A stretch of DNA of 64,000 bases, taken from NCBI GenBank assembly GCA_015059365.1, contig SVAO01000003.1, forward strand, positions 3,682 through 67,681. Reading direction: 5' to 3'. Shown one piece after another: positions 29,690-41,698 of the stretch; position 1 is the stretch's first letter; each line of letters opens with the position of its first letter. Position numbers and translations under genes: made by a program. Below the pieces are notes generated by a model that had not been told where the DNA came from, did not search any database, and was given only the letters and a program-made list of their open reading frames with translations. The stretch is from Bacillota bacterium (GTDB lineage Bacteria; Bacillota_I; Bacilli_A; RF39; UBA660).

Positions 29690-30739
29690 CTACATATATA
29701 TTTTTATTAATAAATATAAAAACGCTCCCATACCAAAAGTAAAACTTATTAAAGAAAGATAAAGTATACTAGTAAAACCATTATATGGTTTATTTAAATC
29801 TAATTTTAATACCTTTTGATGTCCTAATTCCGATTGCTTTTCATTTTGATTCATTTCAACCGGTACAGTTCGTTCACTTCTTCTTTGTCTTATTTCAGAT
29901 AAAGTTCTTTGTTGTTCAGGAGTTAAACTACCCATTCTATTTTCTGCAATATATTCTAAATCAGAATCACTTAATAATTCAAAATTTATCTCATTTGATT
30001 TTTCTTGGGTAACAGTAATATCATTTAATGCATCATCCCCATTAGTTTTTACTGTCTCCGCAGTAGCCTCTACTGCTTTTTTTACAACTAATTTACCATT
30101 TTCATCTCTGTGGACATAAAAAATATCACCATTATCTTTATTTATATAAATATTTCTAGTAGGATCTACAATAAAATTTATACGTGATGCATCACTCATT
30201 CCCATAACAGTTGCAAATTCAGCACTTTCCTCTAAAGTTAAATTTCTTTGATTTGTTGAAGCAGTAAGTTTAACATCTGCCTTATCTTTTTTCATATCAT
30301 CGAATATCTCATCAGCATTTTTTACCCCATTATCACTTTGATATCTATAAGATTCATTTTGCCTAGTTGTAAATTGGTCAACAAAATTATTTTTGTTTAA
30401 ACTATCATCTAATAACTGTGTGTTGCCATTAGAATCTGTTCTTTTAATATAATCTTTTCCATCTATTTCTACTTGTGTAATTCCTTGTAAATCTAAACTA
30501 GATGTATCTGTTTTTGACCTATCATAATAAGCCAGCAATTCTTGGGTAACTTCGTTTATATTCAACTCTTTTAAATTTATACCAGCTTGTTTTAATTTCT
30601 GCATTAAAGTGGGATTATTAAAATAATTTGTATTAAAATTATGTAAAAAATGTATTAATTCTTGTTTTGTTTTAAACTCCCCATTATTAATTTGTTCTTT
30701 AATCATATCCGCAAATATATCTTTGTATAACTTTGCCAT
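29690..30739 (-). CDS. tail-anchored hypothetical protein
   Basis: Soluble body with a single C-terminal TM preceded by KVLKL..NGFT. Confidence 0.65.
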   Translation of the reverse strand: MAKLYKDIFADMIKEQINNGEFKTKQELIHFLHNFNTNYFNNPTLMQKLKQAGINLKELNINEVTQELLAYYDRSKTDTSSLDLQGITQVEIDGKDYIKRTDSNGNTQLLDDSLNKNNFVDQFTTRQNESYRYQSDNGVKNADEIFDDMKKDKADVKLTASTNQRNLTLEESAEFATVMGMSDASRINFIVDPTRNIYINKDNGDIFYVHRDENGKLVVKKAVEATAETVKTNGDDALNDITVTQEKSNEINFELLSDSDLEYIAENRMGSLTPEQQRTLSEIRQRRSERTVPVEMNQNEKQSELGHQKVLKLDLNKPYNGFTSILYLSLISFTFGMGAFLYLLIKIYM

Positions 30740-30786
30740 ACCATCATCTCCATTATAAGTATACCACAAAAAAATGCACCCCACAA

Positions 30787-33114
30787 TTAGGATACATTAA
30801 TAATTTCTAAAAGTTTAGATATTGTTATATTCCTTTTACCTACTATTACATTTTCAATAATCTGATTTTCAATTCCACTTTTAATAATTTTATCTATTTT
30901 TCTAGCACCAAACGAGTCAAAATTTGACCTATTAATTATTTCATCAATGATATTTTTATTTATTTTAATATTAATTTGTTTTCGCTTATATTTATTTTTT
31001 AATTTTTCTAATTTTTTATTAATTATTTGTTCAATATTTTTTCTAGTGAGATTATTAAACATAATTATAGTATCAATACGATTTATAAAAGGAATACTAA
31101 AATATTCTTTCAATTTTTCTTCAACTATTTTCTCTTTATTATTAGAAAAACCAATAGAATTGTCATTAAATCCGATATTAGAAGTCATTATAACAATGAC
31201 ATTATCAAACCTTACTTCTACTCCTTTAGAATCCTTTATTTTACCCTCATCTAAAATTTGAAATAATAAATTAATAATACTCGGATTAGCTTTTTCTATT
31301 TCATCTAAAATTAAAACAGAATAAGGTTTATTTCTAATCTCTTCCAGTATATTTTTTGAATCAGCGTATCCAACATATCCTGGAGGAGCACCAATTATTT
31401 TACTGACAGAATGAGCTTCAGTATATTCACTCATATCAAGTCTAATTATATTCTTTTCTCCTACCATTTTTTCAGCAAATCTTTTTGCAAGTTCTGTTTT
31501 GCCTACTCCTGATGGCCCACAAAGCATAAATGATGTACATCTGTTTTCATCAACAAAACCTAATTTAATACGCTTTGCTAAAGAAGTTAACCTGTTTATT
31601 GCATCTTCTTGTCCTATAATATAATCCTTTAAATATTTATCGATTTGTTCAACTATTTTTTCTTTTTCATTTAACAATTCATATACAGGTATTCCTGTTT
31701 TATTACTGATTGTAAAAGCAACATCAGTATTAGTTATTGTCTTTTTATTTCTATTTTTCATAACATCCAATTCTAAACGATTTATTTTATCCATCAAATC
31801 TTTTTCCATACACTTGTAATTGGAAGCAACATCAAAATCATTTTTTATAATCGCATCATTCTTATTATTTATTATAATTTGTAGTTCTTTATTATAGGTT
31901 TTATATTTTTTTAATTCATCACTTTCTTTTAAACTTACAAAACTACAAACCTCATCTAAAACATCGATTGCTTTATCTGGTTGATTTCGATCATAAATAT
32001 ATTTATCAGACAATTTTGCAATTAAATCAATAATTTCATCAGTTATAGTTACCATATGAAATTGTTCATAAATAGGTCTTAAATTTAATAAAATATCTTT
32101 AACTGTATCTATATTAGGTGTTTCAATTAATATTTTTTGAAACCTACGATCTAAAGCCCCATCTGTTTCAATATATTTTTTATATTCACTAGTTGTAGTT
32201 GCCCCTATACAACGAATTTTACCACGAGCAAGGGCTGGTTTAAAAATATTAGAAGCATCAATTGCTCCCTCCGCACCACCTGCCCCAACTAACGTGTGAA
32301 TTTCATCTATAAATAAAATAATATCATCGTTATCTTCAACTTCTTTAATTATCTTTCGCATTCTTTCTTCAAATTCACCGCGATACTTAGTCCCTGCAAC
32401 CATAGTTGCCATATCTAAAGATATAATCCTTTTGTTTTTTAAATTCATCGGAACATCTTCAAAAGCAATCATTTTACTAAGTTCTTCTACAATTGCAGTT
32501 TTACCAACACCAGGCTCACCTATTAATATTGGATTATTTTTAGTACGACGGCATAGTATTTCTAAAGTTCTTTGAATTTCTTTCTCACGACCAACTACAG
32601 GATCTAATTCACCATTGGAAGCCTGTTTTGTAAGATCGTACCCAAGTTCATCAATCAATAACTTTTTAACTTTTTTACCTTTATTAACAGAAACTAATTT
32701 CGAAGAAAAATCTCTATATAGTTTATCTAAATCAATATTCATTCCAAGCATAATGCGAATAGCAACCCCTTCACCCTCTTCTAACAAACTAGTAAAAAGG
32801 TGTTCGACGGTTACATCACCATTATTATTTTCTTTACTATCTATTATCGCATTTTCCATAATGCGTTTTAATAAAGGAGTATATAAAAACCAATCATTTG
32901 CCTCTTTTCCCTCTCCAATAATAGATATTATTTCCTCTTTTAATACTTCGTATGTTAAATTATATTCTTTTAATTTCTTAGATATATTATTATTATCTTT
33001 TAATATAGCAAGTAGCAAATGTTCACTGCCAACATAAGGATGTTTTAGCTTATGCATTTCTTCTTTTGCTGATACTAATATTTTTCTAGCCTCTTCACTA
33101 AATTGTCCAAACAT
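30787..33114 (-). CDS. clpC: ATP-dependent Clp protease ATPase ClpC
   Basis: Clp-N repeat (VGSEHLLL), NBD1 [11 protein letters not shown]-like coiled coil and NBD2 GPSGVGKTE. Confidence 0.92.
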   Translation of the reverse strand: MFGQFSEEARKILVSAKEEMHKLKHPYVGSEHLLLAILKDNNNISKKLKEYNLTYEVLKEEIISIIGEGKEANDWFLYTPLLKRIMENAIIDSKENNNGDVTVEHLFTSLLEEGEGVAIRIMLGMNIDLDKLYRDFSSKLVSVNKGKKVKKLLIDELGYDLTKQASNGELDPVVGREKEIQRTLEILCRRTKNNPILIGEPGVGKTAIVEELSKMIAFEDVPMNLKNKRIISLDMATMVAGTKYRGEFEERMRKIIKEVEDNDDIILFIDEIHTLVGAGGAEGAIDASNIFKPALARGKIRCIGATTTSEYKKYIETDGALDRRFQKILIETPNIDTVKDILLNLRPIYEQFHMVTITDEIIDLIAKLSDKYIYDRNQPDKAIDVLDEVCSFVSLKESDELKKYKTYNKELQIIINNKNDAIIKNDFDVASNYKCMEKDLMDKINRLELDVMKNRNKKTITNTDVAFTISNKTGIPVYELLNEKEKIVEQIDKYLKDYIIGQEDAINRLTSLAKRIKLGFVDENRCTSFMLCGPSGVGKTELAKRFAEKMVGEKNIIRLDMSEYTEAHSVSKIIGAPPGYVGYADSKNILEEIRNKPYSVLILDEIEKANPSIINLLFQILDEGKIKDSKGVEVRFDNVIVIMTSNIGFNDNSIGFSNNKEKIVEEKLKEYFSIPFINRIDTIIMFNNLTRKNIEQIINKKLEKLKNKYKRKQINIKINKNIIDEIINRSNFDSFGARKIDKIIKSGIENQIIENVIVGKRNITISKLLEIINVS

Positions 33115-33172
33115 TTTATCATCTCCTATATATTCTATGATTATAATGATTATAAAAATTATTTTTTAAACA

Positions 33173-33343
33173 CTAATTATAAATAATCATTGCTGAAAAG
33201 CAAAAAACTTGTTCCTCTGAAAAAACACTAACTGAAACCTGATATTTAATATCAATAACATCTCCTGTCATTTCACTTAAAAACTTATTAATTGCGTTTT
33301 CCAAATCTTTTTCATGACCTTCATCAAAAATTTTTACTTTCAT
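33173..33343 (-). CDS. Cse60 (DUF2758) family small protein
   Basis: Manually translated MKVKIFDEGHEKDLENAINKFL..IDIKYQV..EQVFCFSAMIIYN; RBS GGTGA; absent from the ORF track. Confidence 0.8.
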   Translation of the reverse strand: MKVKIFDEGHEKDLENAINKFLSEMTGDVIDIKYQVSVSVFSEEQVFCFSAMIIYN

Positions 33344-33392
33344 AAAATCACCAATAATATATTAACTAATAAAATGTAAAAAAAAAGACGTA

Positions 33393-33863
33393 TTATATAC
33401 TCTGAATATAATAAATCGTCTTTTCTTCAATTGCATCATTAACATAATTTATAGATATTTTAAATGTTGCATCTATTTCCTCTAGAGTTCCATCATGTTC
33501 AAAATAACCAACCAATACAATTCCCTTATTTGGATTATCAACATCCACTACTTTACTCAAATTTATTGGTTCTACGTCAAATACTCCAATACTAGGATAC
33601 CCATCATCAGTAACTTTATCATGGCTTACAACAATATTAATATTTCTCATATTTTCTTTAGGATTATCAAAAACTATTTGGTAACTTACTTCTGTATCAG
33701 TAACTTTATCATAGGTTATTTCAATATTGCACGGAATATAATCACTACTGGCATTAACAGAAACTAATTGGTTCATTTGTTTATTGTAATTTGTTAACAT
33801 AACACTCTCTTTAGTGCACCCAGTTATTAATATTAAACATAAAAATAATATTATTTTTTTCAT
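33393..33863 (-). CDS. hypothetical lipoprotein
   Basis: Lipobox ITGC. Confidence 0.7.
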   Translation of the reverse strand: MKKIILFLCLILITGCTKESVMLTNYNKQMNQLVSVNASSDYIPCNIEITYDKVTDTEVSYQIVFDNPKENMRNINIVVSHDKVTDDGYPSIGVFDVEPINLSKVVDVDNPNKGIVLVGYFEHDGTLEEIDATFKISINYVNDAIEEKTIYYIQSI

Positions 33864-33866
33864 ATA

Positions 33867-34502
33867 TTACTCCTTTAAATCTGCTCTTATTTTTTTATAG
33901 TCTGGCATATATTTTTCTACTAATTTCCAAAAATCTTTCGAATGATTACAATGTATTAAATGGCTAAGTTCATGAACAATAACATAATCTAAAGATTCTA
34001 ATTTATACTCTATCAATTTAGAGTTTAAAGTCAGAGTCTTTGTTTTTACATTACATACTCCCCATCTAGTTTTCATAGTCCTAATTTTCAGTTTAGGAAA
34101 ATCTATATTTTCTTCAAAAAGATTATACATCTTTTCTAAATGAGTACCAAATATTTCTTTTATTTCACATTTTAACCACTTTTCATACTGGCTTAAATCA
34201 CGAACAAAGATTTTATCTTCAGTAATTTCTACTTCATTAAATGCATTTGAAATAACTAAATCATATTTTTTACCTAGATAATAAATATACTCTTTTTTTT
34301 CCTGTTCTTTTAATCGTTTACTAATCATTTTTCTTAAACAATCTAAATTGTTATTTAATACTTTTATAACTTCCCCTTTAGTTGTAAAATAATTTGTAGT
34401 CACGTAAATAGTTAAATCGTCTTTAACTCTTATATATAAATTCTTATTGTTTTTTCTTTCAATAATAACATTATAATCAATACCATCTATATTATATCTC
34501 AT
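33867..34502 (-). CDS. YgjP/DUF45 (M48/SprT-like) metallo-hydrolase
   Basis: MKTRWGVC and DYVIVHELSH. Confidence 0.88.
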   Translation of the reverse strand: MRYNIDGIDYNVIIERKNNKNLYIRVKDDLTIYVTTNYFTTKGEVIKVLNNNLDCLRKMISKRLKEQEKKEYIYYLGKKYDLVISNAFNEVEITEDKIFVRDLSQYEKWLKCEIKEIFGTHLEKMYNLFEENIDFPKLKIRTMKTRWGVCNVKTKTLTLNSKLIEYKLESLDYVIVHELSHLIHCNHSKDFWKLVEKYMPDYKKIRADLKE

Positions 34503-34559
34503 ACCAAATTCCCATCCAAAATAATTTTAACATATTTAAAAAAATAAGACTAGCAATAA

Positions 34560-36869
34560 CTAGTCTTTCATCAATCTTTGGACATATTTAGACAAATATT
34601 TATCAAATACCCACACTAATATCTGTAATAAAATTAATGTATTAATAAATAATATAATGATTATTATTGTCATTTTTAAATTTAAAAAAGCTAAAGAAAA
34701 CAAATTTTTAAATCCTACTATTCCAAAAGTAAAAAACGCTATTAAAGTTAGTATTAAAGTTGTCCTAAGCTTATTTAATGGTTTACAGATTCTATACAAA
34801 TGTAAAAATGCAGTAAATCCAGTAATAATTACAGAAAGAGTTGATACTTGATTTTCTGTCATATTTAATACTTTACCTAATATAACCACCAATAAAACAT
34901 TAATTACTATTGCAAATGCTGTAGGGATAGCCTTGGCAAATATATTAACAAAAAAATTTTTACTTAATGGTTCGTTATTTGGTTCTAACGCTAAAATGAA
35001 TGATGGAATTCCTATTGTAAAAGAACTAGTAAGCGTTAACTGAATAGGAATAAATGGATATTCTAATGGAACGATTGTAAATATTACTGCAAGTAATGTA
35101 GCATATATTGTTTTTACAATGAACAAACTAGCAGAACGTTCAATGTTGTTTATTGTTTGTCTTCCTTCAGAAACAATCATTGGCATAATATCAAAATTAT
35201 TATCTAAAAGGACTAATTCACTCACATTACGAGCAGCATCACTTCCACTATTTAATGCAATACTAGAATCTGCTTCTTTTAGTGCCAAAACATCATTTAC
35301 TCCATCACCTATCATTGCCACAGTATGCCCTCGTCTTTGTAAAGCCTTAATAATAATTTTCTTTTGAAAAGGACTTACCCTTCCAAAAATATTGTATTTT
35401 TCAACACAATTTTCTAATTGTTTATCAGTAAGTTTAGAAACATCCTTATATTTATTTAAACCTAAGTTAAGTCTTTTAGCAATATTTAAAATAGTAACTG
35501 GATTATCACCGGATATTATTTTAACATTTACTTTTTCTTTTTTAAAATAATCTATCGTTTTTAAAACATTAGGCCTAATTTTATCCTGAATAATAATTAA
35601 TCCGATTGGATAAATCTCTTGATATTTTTCCTCAGCTAGTAAAAGTATTCTTCCTTCTTCATTATATTTGTTTATATTATAATCTTCTAATCTATCTTTC
35701 AAAATAATATCAGGAGCTCCTAAAATAAATGACCCTAATCTTTCAAATTTTATTTTAGAATATTTACGGTCTGAAGAAAATGGTATTTTATCTACCACTT
35801 TATAATTATTACTACATCCATAATACTTACAAAGAGATGCCATAGTCTCATTTTCAAGTTCAAAAGCACAACAAATTTCACTCATGATTAAATTAACATC
35901 ATATTTTTTATTAGTTAAAGAAATATAGTCTTTAACTTCCATAATTCCTTCTGTTAGTGTACCTGTTTTATCAAAACAAATTGTATCAACGCGGGCTAGA
36001 GATTCAATCGAATGAAGTTGACCAATCAAAACATTTTTTCTTGCTAGTTTTATTGAACTTACCGCTAAAACTGTACTAGTTAATAGTACTAAACCTTCTG
36101 GAATCATAGCAATTAAAGCTGCTACTACATTTACAATCGCATCAGAAAAACTATTTTTAACAATTAAAAACTGATTTACGAAAAGTAATAATCCAATAGG
36201 AATAATCACAATAGAAACTAATTTTATAATTTGATTTAATGATTTTAATAGTATTGAATTTACTTTCTTTATATATTTAGCATCCCTAGATATTTTAGAT
36301 GTATAATTATCTTCACCCACATGAATAACTTGTCCTAAACAATTACCACTAACAATAAAACTACCAGAAAGGATAATATCCCCCTCTTTTTTTAAAAGAG
36401 AATTAGACTCTCCGGTAATAAAAGCCTCGTTTACTTCTACAACACCTTTTCTGATAATAGAATCAACAACAACCTGATTCCCAATTTTATAAGATATAAC
36501 ATCATCTAAAACTATTTTATCTAAAGCAATAGTATCCTTTTTCCCATCTCGTATCACATCAACCTTAGTTTGAGATATTAATGATAATTTGTCAATTTCA
36601 ATTTTCGCTCTAATTTCTTGGATAATACTAATCGCTGTATTACAAACCACAACACCTAAAAAAAGCAAATTTTTATATGAACCAACAAAAAAAATCAATA
36701 ATCCTAAACAAAGATTTAGAAGATTAAACAAAGTAAATACGTTAAACAAAATTATTTGACCTATAGTCTTAGTAGGCACATCAGAATTATAATGAATTAA
36801 TCCCTTATTCTTACGCAATTCTACTTGTTCAAAACTTAAACCACTATTTGTATCAGTTGTATAATTCAT
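34560..36869 (-). CDS. cation-transporting P-type ATPase (CtpE-like)
   Basis: TGES, IPEGL, DKTGTLT, SGDN and GDGVND. Confidence 0.92.
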   Translation of the reverse strand: MNYTTDTNSGLSFEQVELRKNKGLIHYNSDVPTKTIGQIILFNVFTLFNLLNLCLGLLIFFVGSYKNLLFLGVVVCNTAISIIQEIRAKIEIDKLSLISQTKVDVIRDGKKDTIALDKIVLDDVISYKIGNQVVVDSIIRKGVVEVNEAFITGESNSLLKKEGDIILSGSFIVSGNCLGQVIHVGEDNYTSKISRDAKYIKKVNSILLKSLNQIIKLVSIVIIPIGLLLFVNQFLIVKNSFSDAIVNVVAALIAMIPEGLVLLTSTVLAVSSIKLARKNVLIGQLHSIESLARVDTICFDKTGTLTEGIMEVKDYISLTNKKYDVNLIMSEICCAFELENETMASLCKYYGCSNNYKVVDKIPFSSDRKYSKIKFERLGSFILGAPDIILKDRLEDYNINKYNEEGRILLLAEEKYQEIYPIGLIIIQDKIRPNVLKTIDYFKKEKVNVKIISGDNPVTILNIAKRLNLGLNKYKDVSKLTDKQLENCVEKYNIFGRVSPFQKKIIIKALQRRGHTVAMIGDGVNDVLALKEADSSIALNSGSDAARNVSELVLLDNNFDIMPMIVSEGRQTINNIERSASLFIVKTIYATLLAVIFTIVPLEYPFIPIQLTLTSSFTIGIPSFILALEPNNEPLSKNFFVNIFAKAIPTAFAIVINVLLVVILGKVLNMTENQVSTLSVIITGFTAFLHLYRICKPLNKLRTTLILTLIAFFTFGIVGFKNLFSLAFLNLKMTIIIIILFINTLILLQILVWVFDKYLSKYVQRLMKD

Positions 36870-36920
36870 AACGGCCTCCTATTTCTTTAAATATTATAAC
36901 ACTAGTATCAAAAAAAAACA

Positions 36921-37799
36921 TCACTTTGATGTCTCTTTTTCTACATATGGATTGACATGAATTGTTATATATTGATTTCTTTCGTCAAAATTCATCAATT
37001 TATTTTCTATTCTCTCTATAACATCATGACATTCTCTTAAGGTTAATTTTTCATCCATACTAACCTCACCGACAATCTTAAAATATGAACCATATTTAAT
37101 TAAATTAATTTTATCAATTGTTAATATTCTGCTTTCAGTCTTGATAATTTCATTGATTTTATCTAATATTTCATCATTAGTCTCTTGTTCACCTATAATT
37201 GTACTAATATTCTCTTTCAAAACATCAAAACCCACTTTTATTATAAATAATCCAACAATAATAGTCGCTACAAGATCAGCGTATTTTAAATATGAAATCT
37301 TATTAGAAAATTGAATTAATATAGATGAAAATAAAACTACAATCGAACTTATAACATCGGCACTGCTTTCTTTTCCACTAGCAATTAATACACTCTGATT
37401 ATATTCATACCCCTTCTTTGTCACATAACTTGATAACATAAATTTAGCTAATATAGTAAACACTGTAACTATAATAACTAAAACACTAGGAATTACAATC
37501 TCACTATTAAAACTATTATAAATAATAGAAAATCCTACAATTAAAATTATTATTCCTATTCCTAAACTTGTTAAATATTCTAATTTCCCATGACCAAACG
37601 GATGTTTTTCATCTGCCGGTTTATGACTTAAAATATTTCCTATGATTGCAAATACATCAGTCGCTAAATCACTAAAAGAATGCATTCCATCTGCAACTAA
37701 AGCATATGAACCACCAATTATCCCAATAAACACTTTAACTAATGCTAAAACTGTATTAACAACCATACTTATAAACATAACTTTATTCTCTTTACACAT
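36921..37799 (-). CDS. cation diffusion facilitator (CDF) transporter
   Basis: ADGMHSFSD, PADEKHPFGHGKLE and C-terminal IHVNP. Confidence 0.92.
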   Translation of the reverse strand: MCKENKVMFISMVVNTVLALVKVFIGIIGGSYALVADGMHSFSDLATDVFAIIGNILSHKPADEKHPFGHGKLEYLTSLGIGIIILIVGFSIIYNSFNSEIVIPSVLVIIVTVFTILAKFMLSSYVTKKGYEYNQSVLIASGKESSADVISSIVVLFSSILIQFSNKISYLKYADLVATIIVGLFIIKVGFDVLKENISTIIGEQETNDEILDKINEIIKTESRILTIDKINLIKYGSYFKIVGEVSMDEKLTLRECHDVIERIENKLMNFDERNQYITIHVNPYVEKETSK

Positions 37800-37801
37800 A
37801 A

Positions 37802-40393
37802 TTATTTGGCTTGATACCAATCATCACCACTTTCAATATCTACTTTTAACGGAACAGAAAGTTCTATCACACCTTCCATTACGGTGCGAATTATATTTTC
37901 TACTTCCTCTTTCTCATTTTTTAAAACATCAAATATAAGTTCATCATGAACTTGTAAAATCATATTACTTTCTAACTTCTTTTCAGTCATAATTTTATCA
38001 ATTTCAACCATTGCTTTTTTTATTATATCTGCACTTGTTCCTTGAATAGGCGTATTTAATGCGATTCTTTCTCCCGCACTGCGAATTAAATAATTTTGAT
38101 TACTAAGTTCAGGAATGTTTCTCTTCCTATTAAACATTGTATGAACAAAACCATTTTCATGTGCTAACAAAACTGTTTCATCCATATATTTTTTTATTCC
38201 AGGATAAGTATTTAAATAATCATCAATAAAACGTTTAGCTTCTTTTGGAGTAATTCCAATATTTTCTGATAATCCATAACCACTAATACCATAAATTATT
38301 CCAAAATTAACAGCTTTAGCAATTCTCCTCATATTAGAATTTACCATATCTAAAGACACGTGAAAAATATCACTGGCAGTTTTAGTATGAATATCTTTTC
38401 CTTCAATAAATGCTTCTCTTAATGCAGGAACCTCTGCCATATGTGCTAATATTCTTAATTCTATCTGAGAATAATCAGCACTCACAATTAATGAATCTTT
38501 ACTTGGAAGAAAAGCCTTTCTTATTAATTTACCGTATTCAGATCTAATAGGAATATTTTGTAAATTAGGTTCAATCGAGGAAAGCCTTCCGGTTCTAGTT
38601 AACACCTGAGTATAAATAGTATGAATCTTATTATCTGACATTATAGAAGCAATAAGACCTTCTATATATGTAGAATATAATTTAGTAAGTGCACGATGTT
38701 CAATAATTAAATCAATTATTGGATGCACTCCTTGTAATTTTTGTAAAACATCTATCGCCGTTGAGTAACCTCTACTACCCTTTTTTCCATGAGGAAGACT
38801 AAGTTTCTCAAACAAAATCTCTCCTAATTGGTATGGAGATGAAATATTAAATTCGCATCCAGCATGATTATAAATATCTTGACTTAATAAATCAATTTTA
38901 ATTTTTATTTCTTCTCCCATTTCAATCAATATATCTTTATCAACATAAACACCATTATATTCCATTTTACCTAAAACTATCGCAAGTGGAAGTTCAATTT
39001 CAGAACATAACTCATTCATTTTTTCAACTTCTAATTGTTTTTTTAAATCACTATAAGTTTCATAAATAAATTTAGCTTTTTTTACTGATTCTTTTGCGAT
39101 TATTTCTAAATTGGGCTTATTTAATTTAGTTCCCTTACCATAAACATTATCATAAAAATCAATATCATAATCCATTTCATTGGCCAGATAAGCGATATCA
39201 TCTTTAACGTTATAATCAAGTAAAGAACTCGCAATCATTGTGTCGAATGTTACATTACTAATATCGATATTATGCCATTTTAAAGAAACGTAAACTTTTT
39301 TTAAATCATATGTATATTTATTTACAGTTGTTAAAAATTGAGGATTGTTTTTTAAAATTTCATATGGAACAAATATGCTTACCTCATTATTATATATACC
39401 CATACCAAGAATTTCAGCTTTATGATAATTGGTTCCTAAAATTTCTAAATATATTGCACAATCATTCATTTCAGGAATTTCTTCAACATTATTAATTACT
39501 TTAACTTCTATATGTTTACAAATCATTTTACTTTCTTTTTCTTTTTTCAAAAAAGAATAAAACTCCAACTCTTCATATAATTTTGTCAATGATTCTACAT
39601 TTTTTTCCTTAACTTTAACATCATAAATATTTATCTCCATTGGAACATCTCTAACGATAGTAGCAAGATCATAACTCATATAAGCATTATCTTTATCATT
39701 AACTAACTTTTCGTGAACAGAACCTTTTATATTATCAATATTACTATATATTCCATCCAAACCTTCATATTGTTGCAAAAGTTTTAAAGCTGTTTTTTCG
39801 CCAATCCCCTTAACTCCTGGAATATTATCAGATGAATCGCCCATTAATGCTTTTAAATCAATAATTCTAATAGGGTCTATTCCATATTCTTCTTTAAAAG
39901 TTTCTTCATTATAACGAATATAATCTTTTTGTTTTAATAACTTAATATCAACATCATGAGAAATTAATTGTAACAAGTCTCTATCACTACTAATAATTGT
40001 TCCAATAAAATCTTCTTCCATATCACAAAAATGTGCAAAAGTACCTAATATATCATCCGCTTCATAATTATCTATTTCATAATATTTTATTCCCATATAC
40101 CCTAACATTTCTTTCGCAATAGGAAATTGCATTTTTAATTCATTAGGAGTTTCAATTCTACCATCTTTATATGTTTCATACTTATCATGTCTAAAAGTTT
40201 TTCCTTTATCAAAAGCAACAATCATATGAGTAGGTTTTTCCTCTGAAACTATTTTATTAATCATATTAGTAAAACCAAATAAAGCATTAGTTGGAAACCC
40301 TTTACTATTCTTCATAAAATTACCATTATATGCAGTCGCATAATAACTTCTAAATAATAAATTATTACCATCTACTAAAATTATTTTTTGCAT
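37802..40393 (-). CDS. polA: DNA polymerase I
   Basis: 5'-3' exonuclease LVDGNNLLFR; polymerase motifs DYSQIELR, AKAVNFGIIYG and QVHDEL. Confidence 0.97.
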   Translation of the reverse strand: MQKIILVDGNNLLFRSYYATAYNGNFMKNSKGFPTNALFGFTNMINKIVSEEKPTHMIVAFDKGKTFRHDKYETYKDGRIETPNELKMQFPIAKEMLGYMGIKYYEIDNYEADDILGTFAHFCDMEEDFIGTIISSDRDLLQLISHDVDIKLLKQKDYIRYNEETFKEEYGIDPIRIIDLKALMGDSSDNIPGVKGIGEKTALKLLQQYEGLDGIYSNIDNIKGSVHEKLVNDKDNAYMSYDLATIVRDVPMEINIYDVKVKEKNVESLTKLYEELEFYSFLKKEKESKMICKHIEVKVINNVEEIPEMNDCAIYLEILGTNYHKAEILGMGIYNNEVSIFVPYEILKNNPQFLTTVNKYTYDLKKVYVSLKWHNIDISNVTFDTMIASSLLDYNVKDDIAYLANEMDYDIDFYDNVYGKGTKLNKPNLEIIAKESVKKAKFIYETYSDLKKQLEVEKMNELCSEIELPLAIVLGKMEYNGVYVDKDILIEMGEEIKIKIDLLSQDIYNHAGCEFNISSPYQLGEILFEKLSLPHGKKGSRGYSTAIDVLQKLQGVHPIIDLIIEHRALTKLYSTYIEGLIASIMSDNKIHTIYTQVLTRTGRLSSIEPNLQNIPIRSEYGKLIRKAFLPSKDSLIVSADYSQIELRILAHMAEVPALREAFIEGKDIHTKTASDIFHVSLDMVNSNMRRIAKAVNFGIIYGISGYGLSENIGITPKEAKRFIDDYLNTYPGIKKYMDETVLLAHENGFVHTMFNRKRNIPELSNQNYLIRSAGERIALNTPIQGTSADIIKKAMVEIDKIMTEKKLESNMILQVHDELIFDVLKNEKEEVENIIRTVMEGVIELSVPLKVDIESGDDWYQAK

Positions 40394-40560
40394 TATATCA
40401 CCTATGATTTATTATAACATGTATCGTTTCGAACTTAAAGATTAGTTGTTTAAATAATTTATTTTTACGAAATAAAAATGACCTTAATTAATCATATTTA
40501 AAAATATAAGTTTAATGTTTTTTTTAATGGTTAAAATCCATACTAACTTTAGGTGATAAT

Positions 40561-41502
40561 ATGAAAATTAGACTTGGCTATGTAGCTTTAAGCAAAACTA
40601 TAGATATTACTTCATCCCATAGTTTTAGTTATAGTAATTTTTTAAAAAATAACGAAGATTTTCAAAAATTAGATGAAATAATAAAATTAAATTTACAATC
40701 TTTAAATCAAATTATTGATTATAACATTAAAAATAATATTCATTTTTACAGAATAAGTTCTAATTTAATCCCACTTGCCTCTATGAAAATAATAAAATTT
40801 AACTACATAAATAAATTTAAAAACTTATATAAAGAAATTGGAGACAAAATAAAAAAATATAATATAAGAGTTGACATGCACCCTGATCAATTCACAGTAT
40901 TAAATAGTACTAAAAAAGAAGTTCTTGACAATACTTTTGAAATATTAAACTATCACTATAATGTTTTAGATGCATTAAACATTGAAGAAAAAGTATTAAT
41001 CCTTCATGTTGGTAGTAACGTTTTTGGAAAAAATGCCTCCATCACACGTTTTATTAATAACTTTAATAAACTACCTAATCATATAAAAAAATCAATTGTT
41101 ATAGAAAATGATGATAAAATATTTAATATTATAGATACTTTAGAATTATGTGAAAAAATTAATAGACCAATGGTTTTAGATTACCATCATTATATTTGTA
41201 ACAACGGAAATATCGAAATTAAAGATTTCTACAAAAAAATTTTTTCAACGTGGAAAAATATCAATCCTAAAATCCACTTTTCATCTCCTAAAAATAAAAC
41301 AAAAAAAGATATAAGAAGTCATCATGATTATATTAATTCTGATGATTTTATATCCTTTATTGAACAAGTTAAGTATTTAAATTTTGATTTAGATATTATG
41401 CTGGAAGCAAAAGCTAAAGACGAGGCCCTTTTTCGGCTTCTTAGAGAACTAAAATATAAAACTAATTACAAATTTATAGATGAAACCACATTTGAAGTTT
41501 AA
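40561..41502 (+). CDS. uvsE: UV damage endonuclease
   Basis: RLGYVAL, FYRISSNLIP, MHPDQF, IENDD, DYHH and MLEAKAKD. Confidence 0.92.
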   Translation: MKIRLGYVALSKTIDITSSHSFSYSNFLKNNEDFQKLDEIIKLNLQSLNQIIDYNIKNNIHFYRISSNLIPLASMKIIKFNYINKFKNLYKEIGDKIKKYNIRVDMHPDQFTVLNSTKKEVLDNTFEILNYHYNVLDALNIEEKVLILHVGSNVFGKNASITRFINNFNKLPNHIKKSIVIENDDKIFNIIDTLELCEKINRPMVLDYHHYICNNGNIEIKDFYKKIFSTWKNINPKIHFSSPKNKTKKDIRSHHDYINSDDFISFIEQVKYLNFDLDIMLEAKAKDEALFRLLRELKYKTNYKFIDETTFEV

Positions 41503-41698
41503 TTATTTGTTTGAAATTTTTAATGACTCCTTAATTTCTAATTCTTTCATTCACATTACCCTTTCTTAACATTTTACTAAAGCGTAATGTGTTGTTACTT
41601 TAGTTTATTTTACTTACGTAAAATCTTCTCATTTCATTTTATTTTCCTGTACTCATATTTTTATAATCACTAATATATTTTTTGTTTAATATGATTTT

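Noticed and set aside
33114-33172. CtsR box upstream of clpC
   Set aside because: Only a tandem ATGATTATA repeat (two TATAAT on the minus strand) is present, with no RGTCAAA-N3 heptad repeat.
41503-41550. Double-glycine bacteriocin leader (MKEL..)
   Set aside because: No GG site or mature peptide follows, and there is no transporter or immunity gene nearby.
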